From positions 1-64,000 of IMG/VR virus record IMGVR_UViG_3300020394_000003: a stretch of DNA of 64,000 nucleotides. One strand, given 5' to 3'. The stretch is from a virus. Position numbers and translations under genes: made by a program. Below, piece by piece: positions 35,352-46,466 of the stretch (its first letter is position 1; every line of letters starts with the position of its first letter). The notes under the pieces are model-generated. The model ran no database searches and was not told the origin of the DNA. It was given only the letters and a program-made list of their open reading frames with translations.

Positions 35352-36119
35352 ATGAAGCCTCACATTTCTTTTAGTGAACTTAAAGATTGGAACACTTGCC
35401 CCTTCTATCACAAGCTTAAGCATGTTGAAGGACTCAAGGGTTTCGTTGGAAACGAATATACAGCTTTCGGCACTGCAATTCATACTATTTGCGAAAACAA
35501 GCTGTTACAAAAACAGTCCGATGAACAGTTATTCCTGTCAGAATTTGAAAAACAAATTAAAATCCTAGAAGATGATAGTGTAGAACTAAGGTCCGAGTTG
35601 GTAAATACTCTTCGTGGACAAGCAGCTAAAATTATTCCCCTAATTCAGCCTGCACTAGAGAAATATTTTAACGAGGGATATGAGGTTTTAGAAACCGAAG
35701 AACAACTAATGGTTCAGATTCCTGAACAGGATAAAAAATTTAAAGGGTTTATTGATGCAGTTTTTAGAACGCCAGATGGTAAAATACATATCGTGGATTG
35801 GAAATCCTGTTCTTGGGGATGGGACGCTCGTAAGCGTTCTGATCCTATGGTTGTATATCAGCTTGTCCTCTACAAGCATTTTTACGCGCTAAAGCATAAT
35901 ATTGATCCAAAACAGATCGAGACACACTTTGCACTACTAAAAAGAACAGCAAAAAACAACAATGTAGAATTTTTTCGAGTTACATCTGGCCCCAAAAGAG
36001 TAGACAATGCACTAAAACTTTTGAAAAATGCATTGTATAATATTGCTAGTAAAAGATATATGAAAAATAAATTGTCATGCACAAGGTGTGATTTTCACAA
36101 AACACACCATTGTCCTTGA
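35352..36119 (+). CDS. PD-(D/E)xK (Cas4/RecB-like) exonuclease
   Basis: SFS...CP, G.AIH, GFIDAV, IVDWK, QL.LY, C-terminal CTRC...CP. Confidence 0.88.
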   Translation: MKPHISFSELKDWNTCPFYHKLKHVEGLKGFVGNEYTAFGTAIHTICENKLLQKQSDEQLFLSEFEKQIKILEDDSVELRSELVNTLRGQAAKIIPLIQPALEKYFNEGYEVLETEEQLMVQIPEQDKKFKGFIDAVFRTPDGKIHIVDWKSCSWGWDARKRSDPMVVYQLVLYKHFYALKHNIDPKQIETHFALLKRTAKNNNVEFFRVTSGPKRVDNALKLLKNALYNIASKRYMKNKLSCTRCDFHKTHHCP

Positions 36120-36133
36120 CATTGGAGTAAAAA

Positions 36134-37411
36134 TTGAAATTAAAAACTGATAAAAAAACTATTGTAACACTGTCGGACCATCCACTAAGTCCCTCTGGAG
36201 TTGGCACGCAGACAAAATATGTAATGGAAGCATTGCTGCAAACAGGCAAATATAGGATCATATCTTTTGGCGGAGCTATTAAGCACTCTGATTATACTCC
36301 CAAGATGGTTGAGCCATACGGAGAAGATTGGATAATCCACCCAGTAGATGGATATGGAAATCAAGAAATGATTCGTTCTGTGTTAAGAACAGAGCGTCCT
36401 GATATTTTATGGTTTATGACAGATCCTAGATTTTGGCCATGGCTGTGGGAAATGGAAGATGAAATTAGATCGGTATGTCCAATGGTTTACTATCACGTCT
36501 GGGACAACTACCCTTACCCAGACTTTAATGCAAAATGGTATAACTCTACAGATGTAATTGCTTGTATCTCAAAGTTAACACATGACATTGTTCAAACGGT
36601 AGCACCAGATGTAGAATCTCATTATTTACCACACGCGGTACAATCTCAAATTTTTAAGCCACTTGACTCAAACGATGTTAAGGAATTTTCAAAGGCACTT
36701 TTAAATGATGGAGATAAGCTAGAGGATAAGGTAACTTTCTTTTGGAACAACAGGAACGCTCGTCGCAAACAGAGCGGTTCTTTGATTTATTGGTTTAACG
36801 ATTTTCTAGATAGGGTTGGTAGAGATAAGGCAAGATTGATTATGCACACTGAGCCAAGAGATCCGAATGGACAAGATTTAATTGCTATTCTAGAAAACTT
36901 AAATTTAACTAATGGAGAAATTTATCTTTCTACAAACAAGCTTCCTGCGGAATCTCTGGCGTTGATGTATAACATGGCAGATGTAACTGTGAACATCTCT
37001 GATGCCGAAGGGTTTGGACTAGCAACACTAGAATCATTATCTTGTGGCACGCCAATTATCGTGACAATGACTGGCGGTTTGCAAGAGCAAGTAACTGATG
37101 GCGAAAGCTGGTTTGGAATTGGCTTGGAACCGACTTCAAAATCAATCATTGGTTCACAACAGGTACCTTATATCTACGAAGATCGTCTTTCACAAGAACT
37201 AGTCGTCGGAGCACTAGAAGAAATGTTTAATAAAACCGCGGAAGAAAGATTGCAAATGGGCCTTGCAGGTCGAAATCATGTTTTGGTAAATTATGGCTTT
37301 GAATCTTTTTGTAAAAGCTGGGTTGAATTAATGGACAATGTAGTGGAAAATTATGGATCATGGAACGAGAGAAAGAATTACAAAAATTGGTATTTTGCGG
37401 AGGTAGCATAA
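36134..37411 (+). CDS. GT4 glycosyltransferase
   Basis: EGFGLATLESLSCG. Confidence 0.9.
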   Translation: MKLKTDKKTIVTLSDHPLSPSGVGTQTKYVMEALLQTGKYRIISFGGAIKHSDYTPKMVEPYGEDWIIHPVDGYGNQEMIRSVLRTERPDILWFMTDPRFWPWLWEMEDEIRSVCPMVYYHVWDNYPYPDFNAKWYNSTDVIACISKLTHDIVQTVAPDVESHYLPHAVQSQIFKPLDSNDVKEFSKALLNDGDKLEDKVTFFWNNRNARRKQSGSLIYWFNDFLDRVGRDKARLIMHTEPRDPNGQDLIAILENLNLTNGEIYLSTNKLPAESLALMYNMADVTVNISDAEGFGLATLESLSCGTPIIVTMTGGLQEQVTDGESWFGIGLEPTSKSIIGSQQVPYIYEDRLSQELVVGALEEMFNKTAEERLQMGLAGRNHVLVNYGFESFCKSWVELMDNVVENYGSWNERKNYKNWYFAEVA

Positions 37412-38731
37412 ATGAGTACGCAAAAAAAGAAAGTTTTAATTAGAGGCCCACTACTCACCAGATCAGGATATGGCGAGCAAGCTAGATTCGCATATAGAGC
37501 ACTAAAATCTAGGCCTGATCTATTTGATGTATATTTGGCTCCAACCAATTGGGGGCAGACTGGATGGATTAGCGACGACAATGATGAGCGCAGAGAGATG
37601 GACAGTGTAATCAGAAACACTACAACCCATGCTCAACAGTGTCAGCAGCAAGGTGTCTTAGCATTTGATGCGTCTATTCAAGTAACCATTCCACAAGAAT
37701 GGCAAAGAATTACACCAAAAAATATTGGATATACAGCAGGCACAGAAACAACCCTTATTTCACACAAATGGGTTGAGTCATGTCAAAATGTAGACAGGAT
37801 TATTGCAGTATCTGAGCACACTAAAGCAGCATTTGAAAATACTGAGTACGAAGGCAGAGATTCGGCCGGAAATACAATCTCAGCTAGGTGTACTACGCCA
37901 ATTGATGTTGTAGGATTCCCAACCAAACAGTTAGAACCAGTCGAGCTAGACTTCAAGCCTGAAACAAAATTTAATTTCTTAGTGGTTGCTCAGTGGTCTG
38001 ACCGTAAGAATTTGCCCGAAACCCTTCAAGGTTTTATGCGAGAATTTAATGATAATGAAGATGTTGGTCTGATTATTAAAACTAGTCTAGCTAAGAACTC
38101 TTACGTGGATAGGATTTATACTGAGGCTAGGTTAAAGCAATATCTTAAAAACTATGATAAAGCACCTTGGAATGGAAAGCCTAGAAAATGCAAATTGTAT
38201 TTACTTCATGGAAATATGTCCGATGAAGAGATGGCTGGACTCTACAGGCACCCTAACGTTAATGCCTTTATCAATCTTGCCCATGGTGAGGGCTTCGGGC
38301 TTCCTATTTTTGAAGCTGCCCAAGCTGGACTACCAATTGTTGCACCCAACTGGGGGGGTATAAAGGATTATATGAATGCGTATGTCACAACTAAGAGAGG
38401 CGCCGGCAAGAAAGCTCGTAAATCGCATGGCCGCATGCGTTTTCTGGGACAAAAGGTAGACTTTAGTGTCAAACCAATTCAAAAAGAAGCAGTATGGGAT
38501 GGAGTGCTGATTCCTGAGTCTAGCTGGTGTTTCCCACATGAAAAAAGTTTTATGCGCGCCATGAGAAAAATTTACAAGTCATATGATTTGGCTCTAAGCG
38601 ATGCTAAAAAATTAAAAGCTCACGTCGAAAAAGAATTTTCAGAAGAGATTCAACAAAATAAATTTGTAGAGTCAGTCCTAGAGACACTTGAGGCGTCTTC
38701 TCCACAATCTACTTCGGTTATTACTTTATGA
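37412..38731 (+). CDS. GT4 glycosyltransferase
   Basis: SGYG, RKN, GEGFGLPIFEA. Confidence 0.9.
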   Translation: MSTQKKKVLIRGPLLTRSGYGEQARFAYRALKSRPDLFDVYLAPTNWGQTGWISDDNDERREMDSVIRNTTTHAQQCQQQGVLAFDASIQVTIPQEWQRITPKNIGYTAGTETTLISHKWVESCQNVDRIIAVSEHTKAAFENTEYEGRDSAGNTISARCTTPIDVVGFPTKQLEPVELDFKPETKFNFLVVAQWSDRKNLPETLQGFMREFNDNEDVGLIIKTSLAKNSYVDRIYTEARLKQYLKNYDKAPWNGKPRKCKLYLLHGNMSDEEMAGLYRHPNVNAFINLAHGEGFGLPIFEAAQAGLPIVAPNWGGIKDYMNAYVTTKRGAGKKARKSHGRMRFLGQKVDFSVKPIQKEAVWDGVLIPESSWCFPHEKSFMRAMRKIYKSYDLALSDAKKLKAHVEKEFSEEIQQNKFVESVLETLEASSPQSTSVITL

Positions 38732-39987
38732 CAAAAAAGATATTATATCAAGGCCAGCTAGGTGATCCTAGCGGATACGCCGTTGCTGGTCGCGGCTATT
38801 TGCGTTCTATGTATGACTACATTCAAGAAAAAAAATTAGATATTGATTTAAAAGTACTTTCTATTAATGCGGATGAGCAGAGTGCTTTAACACAAGAAGA
38901 AGCTGAATTTCTCAATATGCTTTCTTTTGACAGCAACGAAGAGATAGATGCTTGGACTGAGGCCGAGGACTTTCATTACATATTCCATCATCCTCCTGTT
39001 TATGCTTGGAAAATAGACGCAACTAAGTTTTTTGCATCGAAATCAGCGACCACAACCTGTGTTACGGTGTGGGAGACAGATGCAATGCCACCGGTATGGA
39101 ATGATATCCTTAAAGCATTTGAAGTAGACAGAATCGTGGTCCCGTGCCAGTGGAACAAAGATTCTTTTGAAGCTAGTTTAGAGAAATTTGACAATTCGAT
39201 GCCTGTAAAAATGGTGCCTCATTTAATTAATGACGATTTTGTCGGCTCTGCGGAAATTGAACCACTACCTCAAGAGCTTTTGTCCCCTGACCACTTTAAC
39301 GTCTTAACAGTAGGGCAGTGGACCGACAGAAAAGCCCTGATGAATGTCGTCAAAGCATATCTAATGGAATTTAAAGATAACGAAGATTGCTCTTTAGTTG
39401 TTAAAACGTATGGAAATATTCAAGATTCTAGACCTGAGTATCAACAGCAGCAACAACAAATGATGGCTAATGAAATTACTCTTTTAAAAAGATCAATCTT
39501 GAACGACAGTCTATCCAAAACTCCTAGCTGCAAAATTCATCTTCTTTATGGCTTGTTTCCAAAAAGTCAAATGAATTATCTATACAGGGAGAGCGATCTG
39601 TTTGCGCTTTTTAGCCGCGCAGAAGGATTTGGTTTGCCAATTGCTGAATCTCTAGTCCACGAAACTCCTGTAATTGTACATGATAAGGGCGGACATGTAG
39701 GCTTTGTAGATCCTAAAAACAACTATATTGTAAACAGTTATCTAACGCCTGCCCACTGCAAAATCTTTCCATTTGTATATTCGTGTGACAGTAACTGGTT
39801 TGAGACAGACTATATTTCAGCAAGAAAGCAATTGCGATCCGCCTATAATGAATGGAAACACGAGCCTGAAGCATATGCCCAACGAGGCCCAAATGCAAAA
39901 GAATATATGCTTGAAGTAACTGGTGATAGTTTAAAAATTGGTAAAGAGCTAGTTGAATTTGTATTAAGTGAAGATGAAGAAGACTAG
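38728..39987 (+). CDS. GT4 glycosyltransferase
   Basis: SGYA, WETD, RK, EGFGLPIAES. Confidence 0.9.
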   Translation: MTKKILYQGQLGDPSGYAVAGRGYLRSMYDYIQEKKLDIDLKVLSINADEQSALTQEEAEFLNMLSFDSNEEIDAWTEAEDFHYIFHHPPVYAWKIDATKFFASKSATTTCVTVWETDAMPPVWNDILKAFEVDRIVVPCQWNKDSFEASLEKFDNSMPVKMVPHLINDDFVGSAEIEPLPQELLSPDHFNVLTVGQWTDRKALMNVVKAYLMEFKDNEDCSLVVKTYGNIQDSRPEYQQQQQQMMANEITLLKRSILNDSLSKTPSCKIHLLYGLFPKSQMNYLYRESDLFALFSRAEGFGLPIAESLVHETPVIVHDKGGHVGFVDPKNNYIVNSYLTPAHCKIFPFVYSCDSNWFETDYISARKQLRSAYNEWKHEPEAYAQRGPNAKEYMLEVTGDSLKIGKELVEFVLSEDEED

Positions 39988-40744
39988 ACAATTAAAACGA
40001 GAGTTGAGGCGATTAAAGACGTATGATGAAAGAATCGCCTTTTTAAAAGATACATACGCAAATGAACGTTTGTTTATACTCGCATCTGGTCCGTCGTTAG
40101 GTCACGTCGACAAGCAAGAATTGAAGAAAAAAATGTCAAACTCTTTGACGTTTTCAGTTAAACAGGCATATTTGGAGTATGAGAAAGAGACTGATTTTCA
40201 CTTCATAAACGACTGTAACTTACCAATGATAAATGGATACGCGGGGTATCGTTACGGGGTCAAGTCTGGGCCCATAGTAATAGCCTCCAGTGGCTACACA
40301 GAATCCTATGCAAAAACAAGGTTTGCTCCCCAACAACAGTGGGATATATTTTGTAGAGTTTTGGATCCACTAGTATATCCAAAAAGTAACCTTGGGCGCC
40401 TCTGTGAAAATAATAATTTTGATGAAGGTCTTTTTGATAAAAGAGTTGATAGGCCTTGTGGTCCAAGTATCACCCTAGAAACCGTTATTTATATGGCAGT
40501 TCATGTAGGTATAAAAAATATATATGCAATTGGGTGGGATAGTGGCGACAAGGTAGGTGAGCATTTTTATAAATCCAAGACCCATTTAACAAGTAATCGA
40601 AATTTTGAATATGAAATGGTACAAAAAGGCTCAGGACCGTTGTATAATTGGTTGAGAGATAAAAATGTTAATTTGCACCTAGTAAGTAAGGTTAGTGCAC
40701 TTAGTGAAGAAATTCCAAGAATAGAGTTAAAGGATATAAAATGA
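39968..40744 (+). CDS. Maf/DUF115-like (possible nonulosonate transferase)
   Basis: ILASGPSL...GIKNIYAIGWD...HFY. Confidence 0.65.
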   Translation: MKMKKTRQLKRELRRLKTYDERIAFLKDTYANERLFILASGPSLGHVDKQELKKKMSNSLTFSVKQAYLEYEKETDFHFINDCNLPMINGYAGYRYGVKSGPIVIASSGYTESYAKTRFAPQQQWDIFCRVLDPLVYPKSNLGRLCENNNFDEGLFDKRVDRPCGPSITLETVIYMAVHVGIKNIYAIGWDSGDKVGEHFYKSKTHLTSNRNFEYEMVQKGSGPLYNWLRDKNVNLHLVSKVSALSEEIPRIELKDIK

Positions 40745-41571
40745 AAAAAACATATATTATCGCAGAAATCGGGATTAACCATAATGGCTCACTAGCTGTG
40801 GCCAAAAAACTAATTGATATTGCAGCGGTAGCAGGATGTGATGCTGTTAAATTTCAAAAACGAAATCCAGATGTTTGCGTTCCAGAACACCAAAAACAAG
40901 TTATGCGTGAAACCCCATGGGGCACCATGACCTATCTTGAATACAAGTATCGTGTTGAATTTGGAAAAGAAGAATACGACGAAATCGATCAATATTGTCG
41001 TGATAAAGGTATTGCTTGGTCCGCATCACCATGGGATATGGATAGTCTAGAGTTCTTGAGCCAATATGATTTACCTTTTATTAAGATGCCATCTGCAATG
41101 ATTACAAATGAAGAGTTAATGAGAGGCTGCGCACGCACAGGAAAGAAAGTAATTTTTTCAGCAGGAATGTCTACACTTGAAGAGACTGATCAAGCAGTTG
41201 AATGGATGCGCGAAGAAGGAGCAGAGTTTGCACTATTGCACTGCAACTCAACTTACCCAGCCCCTATCGAAGACTTAAACTTACAGTGCATTAAGACTTT
41301 ACAAGATCGATATGAGTGTGAAGTTGGCTACAGTGGCCATGAGTTTCGTCTTGGAACAACAGTCGCTAGTGTGTATTTAGGTGCTACGATCCTTGAGCGT
41401 CACATCACATTAGACCGTACCATGTGGGGGTCTGACCACTTAGCATCTGTAGAGCCACAAGGTCTCATTAAGCTTGTAAAAGGTGTTAGAGAGCTTGAGA
41501 CTGCCTTCGGCGATGGTGTAAAGCGGGTCACAGAAGGTGAAATTAAAGTTAGAAAGAAGTTGAGAGGTTAA
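40741..41571 (+). CDS. neuB: N-acetylneuraminate/nonulosonate synthase (no SAF domain)
   Basis: IIAEIGINHNG, AVKFQKR, LLHCNSTYP, GYSGHE, ERHITLD, GSDH.AS. Confidence 0.93.
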   Translation: MKKTYIIAEIGINHNGSLAVAKKLIDIAAVAGCDAVKFQKRNPDVCVPEHQKQVMRETPWGTMTYLEYKYRVEFGKEEYDEIDQYCRDKGIAWSASPWDMDSLEFLSQYDLPFIKMPSAMITNEELMRGCARTGKKVIFSAGMSTLEETDQAVEWMREEGAEFALLHCNSTYPAPIEDLNLQCIKTLQDRYECEVGYSGHEFRLGTTVASVYLGATILERHITLDRTMWGSDHLASVEPQGLIKLVKGVRELETAFGDGVKRVTEGEIKVRKKLRG

Positions 41572-41572
41572 A

Positions 41573-42862
41573 ATGGATTGGACCGTAAAAGATAGATCAG
41601 TAAAAGAAAAATCACCATCACCGAAGGGCCATCTCCGCGAAGCCGTCGGGCAAAAAAAATGGAATCACTCGGCGAGGGACATCCCTGTAGATAAGTTGGG
41701 TGTTTCAATGGCCAATGGTATAGAGGATGATCATGATTTAAAATACAGAAACATTGACATTAACAATGCTTTACAAGAAGCTCAAGCGTGGGGTGATGGA
41801 AATCGTCTATATGGAAAGATCTGGCACAAGCACACACGGCAAGTTTTAACAAATCTTTTTTCCTCTGGCGAAGCCGGCCATGGTCACTTACAGACGATGG
41901 TAAGACAGTACATAAGAAGGCACCCATCAGCGGTTCATGAAAATATCTGGTTTGACCAGTTGCATCAAAAAATATTTAGCAACGCTCAAACATATTGCTC
42001 GGGCCTAGATCCTATTGAACATAGCTTTTGTTCACCTCGACAAAGTTTTGCAAATCAAACTTGGAACTCAATTGCATCAGAAATGGGCAGAATGATAGAA
42101 AATATGGTAGTTGCCTATAACGCGAAAGGTCAGGTACCTAGTGCTGATGGTGTTACTTCTGACGATATTAATGAAGGCCGTTGTTATGGAGACTTAGTAT
42201 TTCCTGATTTAAGAATTGGTCTATGTCCTGCGGTTACTGGGTTGGCTAATCAAGATAGTGTTTTGATTATCGGTGGAGGGCCATCGACTAATAATATTGA
42301 TTTTTCACAGTTTCAAGATATACCTGTATGGACAATGAATAATTATTATAAGAATCCTTTGTTTGATCAATTTAACAACATTCAGGTTGCCTCTTTTTTA
42401 GATGAGGTTGATGTGTTTTACAATGATCCACTATGGGAGTATGTAAACGATAGAGATACTATCGTACTGCAGGAGATTACAGACTGGGGAACTGAACGAT
42501 TGTCTTATGTCAAAGAAGCAGCGAATTATTCAAGCTACTTTCATACTAGATATAGAAGCAAGCTCGGTATTGGACCTCGCTTGATGATTACTGCAATTAT
42601 TCTGGGGATTAGAAATATTTATTTTTGTGGTTTTGACGGCTACAATACTGAAGATGTTTCCAATAATCATTCATTTGAGTTAGGAAAAGACCTTCCAAAT
42701 TGGATTAAAAACTCTGATCCGGGCACACAAGAGAGACAATATGTGATGCTTTTCGACTATTTGTTAAATGATTTAAAATTGTCTCGGAGTTTTAAATTAC
42801 ATGACCTTTCAGCAGGACAGCCCACATTACAATATGAATTTTTAAGACAGATAATCAGATGA
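41573..42862 (+). CDS. protein with a C-terminal Maf/sialyltransferase-like domain
   Basis: LIIGGGPS...MN...GIRNIYFCGFDG. Confidence 0.6.
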   Translation: MDWTVKDRSVKEKSPSPKGHLREAVGQKKWNHSARDIPVDKLGVSMANGIEDDHDLKYRNIDINNALQEAQAWGDGNRLYGKIWHKHTRQVLTNLFSSGEAGHGHLQTMVRQYIRRHPSAVHENIWFDQLHQKIFSNAQTYCSGLDPIEHSFCSPRQSFANQTWNSIASEMGRMIENMVVAYNAKGQVPSADGVTSDDINEGRCYGDLVFPDLRIGLCPAVTGLANQDSVLIIGGGPSTNNIDFSQFQDIPVWTMNNYYKNPLFDQFNNIQVASFLDEVDVFYNDPLWEYVNDRDTIVLQEITDWGTERLSYVKEAANYSSYFHTRYRSKLGIGPRLMITAIILGIRNIYFCGFDGYNTEDVSNNHSFELGKDLPNWIKNSDPGTQERQYVMLFDYLLNDLKLSRSFKLHDLSAGQPTLQYEFLRQIIR

Positions 42863-43536
42863 AAAATGTAGAAGATATAGCCGTCGTAATCCAAGCAAGA
42901 TTAGGCTCACAAAGAGTCCCGCAAAAGATGATCAGATCTATTGCGGGAACTACTTTAACAGACATCGCGCTAGAAAAGATTAAAAAATGTACAAGTTTTC
43001 CACAAGAAAACTTTTATTTGTCCGTGCATGAACCTGAACTGCTTAAAATTGGCGAGAAACATAATGTTAATATTTATCGTCGAACAGAAAAATCAGCCAA
43101 GTCAGAAGGCACACCTATGACAGATATGTACGAATGGTGGGATAAATTACCTCATAAATATTGTGTGCTAGTAAATGCTTGTGCTCCGTTCCTAACTTCA
43201 AAAACAATCGACGCGTTTGTCAGAGCATACTCTTACACAGAATCAGATGGAATGTTTGGCGTAATTAGAAAAAAGAATTACTTTTGGAATTTTAACAAGG
43301 ATCTGATAACTCCATTAACGGAAGCAGTAATGAATACCAAGACAGTCGCACCGGTGTATGAAGCGGCACATTGCCTTTATGCCGGCCGCCTAGACAAAAT
43401 TGGAGAAGGGATATGGATGGGAGATTTTAATACTCCCGGTGATATTAAGTTGTTTCATATGGAAGAACAGGAAGTTTTTGATATTGATTATGAGTGGCAA
43501 TTTACAATGGCTGAAAGCTTGATGGAGACAAAGTGA
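42859..43536 (+). CDS. CMP-nonulosonate synthetase-like cytidylyltransferase (NeuA-like)
   Basis: IQARLGSQRVPQK, FDID. Confidence 0.82.
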   Translation: MKNVEDIAVVIQARLGSQRVPQKMIRSIAGTTLTDIALEKIKKCTSFPQENFYLSVHEPELLKIGEKHNVNIYRRTEKSAKSEGTPMTDMYEWWDKLPHKYCVLVNACAPFLTSKTIDAFVRAYSYTESDGMFGVIRKKNYFWNFNKDLITPLTEAVMNTKTVAPVYEAAHCLYAGRLDKIGEGIWMGDFNTPGDIKLFHMEEQEVFDIDYEWQFTMAESLMETK

Positions 43537-44321
43537 CAAATTTGCCTCCTAGTAAAGAAGAAGTTAGAAAATTTATGGACACCATTGACCTACCGCCCAA
43601 GCCCCGCGGTAGAGGAATAATGGAGGTTTTATTAACAAAATATTATAATGACTTTCAGACAGTGTTAGATGTTGGTTCTGGAGGCGGTCATCACATTAGG
43701 ACCTTTAAGCACTTTGGCAAAGATACATTTGCATGCGATATGTCAGAACACAGGAACCCTGATTATCTAGGAAATTTTTTAGAAATTAGTTCTCAGATTC
43801 CAGATGGCCATTTCGATTGTGTATGGTGCAGCCATACTTTGGAGCATCAAATAAATGTTGGCGTGTTTTTAAAGGAACTGAAAAGAATTATCAGAGATGA
43901 TGGTATCCTAGCTTTGACTGTACCTCCAGCTAAGCATATGATTGTCCCGGGCCACTTATGCATCTGGAACGGTGGGCTGTTATTATACAACCTTGTCACA
44001 GTGGGCTTCGACTGCTCAGAGGCTATTGTGAGGGATCATAAACCGTCGGCTTACATTGACAGCAAAGGTCGTGAGTCAATTAAACCATATGACGTGTCTG
44101 TGCTAGTAAAAAAGAAAGACATCAATTGGAGTCCAAAAGTATTAGATGCACTACCTAGGGTAATTGAGTTTTCCGATGCAACAGTTCATGATGGAATCTT
44201 GTATATGAGTGGAAAGGGTATGATTAATATTAAGAAATTTTTTCCAAAAGATATCAAGTGGATCAGAAAAGGAAAACAGGGAGATATCCAGCTTGATGGA
44301 AGGGTGGGCAATATAGGTTGA
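43533..44321 (+). CDS. class I SAM-dependent methyltransferase
   Basis: VLDVGSGGG, FDCVWCSHTLEH. Confidence 0.88.
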   Translation: MTNLPPSKEEVRKFMDTIDLPPKPRGRGIMEVLLTKYYNDFQTVLDVGSGGGHHIRTFKHFGKDTFACDMSEHRNPDYLGNFLEISSQIPDGHFDCVWCSHTLEHQINVGVFLKELKRIIRDDGILALTVPPAKHMIVPGHLCIWNGGLLLYNLVTVGFDCSEAIVRDHKPSAYIDSKGRESIKPYDVSVLVKKKDINWSPKVLDALPRVIEFSDATVHDGILYMSGKGMINIKKFFPKDIKWIRKGKQGDIQLDGRVGNIG

Positions 44322-44324
44322 GCG

Positions 44325-45134
44325 ATGAAAAAAAAGTTATGTTATATAATACCTTGTTTATATACGAAACAAAATGGGTTTCACATATTTAACTGCGTCA
44401 AATCTGTTAGAAAACAGTTTTCAAAAGTTGATATCTATGTGGTTGACAGCGGCTCATCTGACACTAGCTATCTTAATGTTTTAAAAAAGAAATATGACAT
44501 TATTCCTTTAGATGTGAAAAACAAAAACTTTCCTACTGGTGCCTTGTGGTATGTATACGAGTCAACAAAGGATCAATATGAAAATTACTTTTTACTACAT
44601 GATTCCACAATCATTAAGCAACGAGCTAGGATTGATGAAATTCTACAGGAAGATTACAAAGTGGCCCCAATAACAACATACGAAAAATGGAGTTGGCCAA
44701 AAAAAGACCGTTATGATGATAAATCAAGATCAAGCGCATGGCCCCGAAAGAAGTTTAGAGAAAATGAATTAGAATTTCCAAAAAATAAAAAATTTCTTTC
44801 TATTTTAGGGCCAATGTTTATGATATCGAAAGAGGTACTAGATGAAATTAGTAATACTACATTTTATAATATAAGGCCTAAAATCAAGTATCATTCAATA
44901 TGTATGGAAATTTTGTGGGCCTACACATTCCAGCAGCTTGGGTATAAAGAAAACATGCTTAAATATTCAATTATGCGACCAGAGCTTAAATCAGACGGTA
45001 GAAAAATATATGTTAAAGATAGCAGATATGGTGTGCCTGATCTAAATATCGATACTGAACAGCACAGATGCAAGACTCATGAAGAGCATGATTTTGATAA
45101 CACATTGCAAAAATTTTGGGCAACTAGGCAATAA
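44325..45134 (+). CDS. GT2-like glycosyltransferase
   Basis: IIP, VVDSGSSD, LLHDS. Confidence 0.65.
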   Translation: MKKKLCYIIPCLYTKQNGFHIFNCVKSVRKQFSKVDIYVVDSGSSDTSYLNVLKKKYDIIPLDVKNKNFPTGALWYVYESTKDQYENYFLLHDSTIIKQRARIDEILQEDYKVAPITTYEKWSWPKKDRYDDKSRSSAWPRKKFRENELEFPKNKKFLSILGPMFMISKEVLDEISNTTFYNIRPKIKYHSICMEILWAYTFQQLGYKENMLKYSIMRPELKSDGRKIYVKDSRYGVPDLNIDTEQHRCKTHEEHDFDNTLQKFWATRQ

Positions 45135-45135
45135 G

Positions 45136-45753
45136 ATGAACAGTATAAGATTAGTAATTTTTGATTTAGATGGGGTAATTGTTGATGCGTGCGAATGGCA
45201 TCGAGTTGCACTAAATAAAGCACTAGCAGAAGTATGCGATTACACAATTTCAATGGAAGACCATTACACTACTTTTAATGGAATTCCAACAAAAGTAAAG
45301 CTGTCAAAATTAACGGAAATGGGCATAGTAAAACCTGATCAGCATGAAGAAATTTATGATCGAAAACAACAACTAACAGTTGAAACAATTAATTTATCTG
45401 CACCAAGAAGGCAAGAAAAGATTGATTTAATTAAGTATCTGCGTGAGCAAGGGTGTTATGTCGCGTGTTATACAAACAGTATAAGAGAGACAGCTACACT
45501 GATGCTTGACAAGACTGGTGTGCTAGAGCAGATGGATTATTTACTAACAAATCAAGACGTTGAAAACTCAAAACCACACCCGGAAGGGTATAACTTTTTA
45601 GTTGAAAAATTCAATTTAAAAAAGCATCAAGTGCTAATTATAGAAGATTCTCCAAAGGGTAAGCAGGCTGCATATGCATCTGGATGCAATGTATTAGAAG
45701 TAAAGGATCCCGATGAGGTAACGATTGACACATTAAGGGAGTATTTTGAATGA
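45136..45753 (+). CDS. HAD family phosphatase
   Basis: FDLDGV, KPHPEGY, IEDS. Confidence 0.9.
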   Translation: MNSIRLVIFDLDGVIVDACEWHRVALNKALAEVCDYTISMEDHYTTFNGIPTKVKLSKLTEMGIVKPDQHEEIYDRKQQLTVETINLSAPRRQEKIDLIKYLREQGCYVACYTNSIRETATLMLDKTGVLEQMDYLLTNQDVENSKPHPEGYNFLVEKFNLKKHQVLIIEDSPKGKQAAYASGCNVLEVKDPDEVTIDTLREYFE

Positions 45754-46466
45754 AGATTTTAATTCCAATGGCAGGCGAAGGAAGTCGTTTTGCTAAAGAA
45801 GGGTATACCTTTCCTAAGCCGCTTATTGATGTACGCGGCAAACCCATGATACAGACAGTAGTGGAAAACTTGGATTTTGATTCCGAGTATGTTTTTCTAG
45901 TAAGAAAAAAACATATTGAACAATACACTGGCTTGTTAGATACGCTAGACAGAATTACAAACGGTCGATTTAACTATGTTGAAGTTGATGGACTAACAGA
46001 GGGTGCTGCCTGCACTGCGCTTTTGGCTGAAAAATATATTGATAACGACGAAGGGTTGCTGATTGCCAACTCCGATCAGTTTATCTCATATGAACCAGAA
46101 AACTTTAATACCATCAAGAGTTTAACTAATGTTGATTCTATCGTATTTACATTTAATGATGTACACCCAAAGTGGTCATTTGTAAAAACAAACTCTCGTG
46201 GATTTATCACTGAAGTCGCCGAAAAAAAGCCAATTTCAAATATTGCAACTTGTGGAATTTATTGGTATAGGCGTGGTTCTGACTTTGTAAAGTATGCCAA
46301 ACAGATGATTGATAAAGATATCAGAGTCAATAATGAGTTTTACATCGCACCAGTGTATAATGAACTGATAGGTGATGGCAAGTCATTGATTCCTTTTTAT
46401 GTTAGTGAGATGTGGGGACTAGGAACACCTGAAGACCTCAAGCGATTTTTAGAGAATCATAGATGA
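45750..46466 (+). CDS. sugar-phosphate nucleotidyltransferase
   Basis: IPMAGEGSRF...PKPLI, EK, GTPEDL. Confidence 0.9.
   Translation: MKILIPMAGEGSRFAKEGYTFPKPLIDVRGKPMIQTVVENLDFDSEYVFLVRKKHIEQYTGLLDTLDRITNGRFNYVEVDGLTEGAACTALLAEKYIDNDEGLLIANSDQFISYEPENFNTIKSLTNVDSIVFTFNDVHPKWSFVKTNSRGFITEVAEKKPISNIATCGIYWYRRGSDFVKYAKQMIDKDIRVNNEFYIAPVYNELIGDGKSLIPFYVSEMWGLGTPEDLKRFLENHR

Noticed and set aside
35352-36119. CRISPR-Cas system suggested by the Cas4-like nuclease
   Set aside because: No repeat-spacer array or other cas genes; stand-alone Cas4-like nucleases are common in phages
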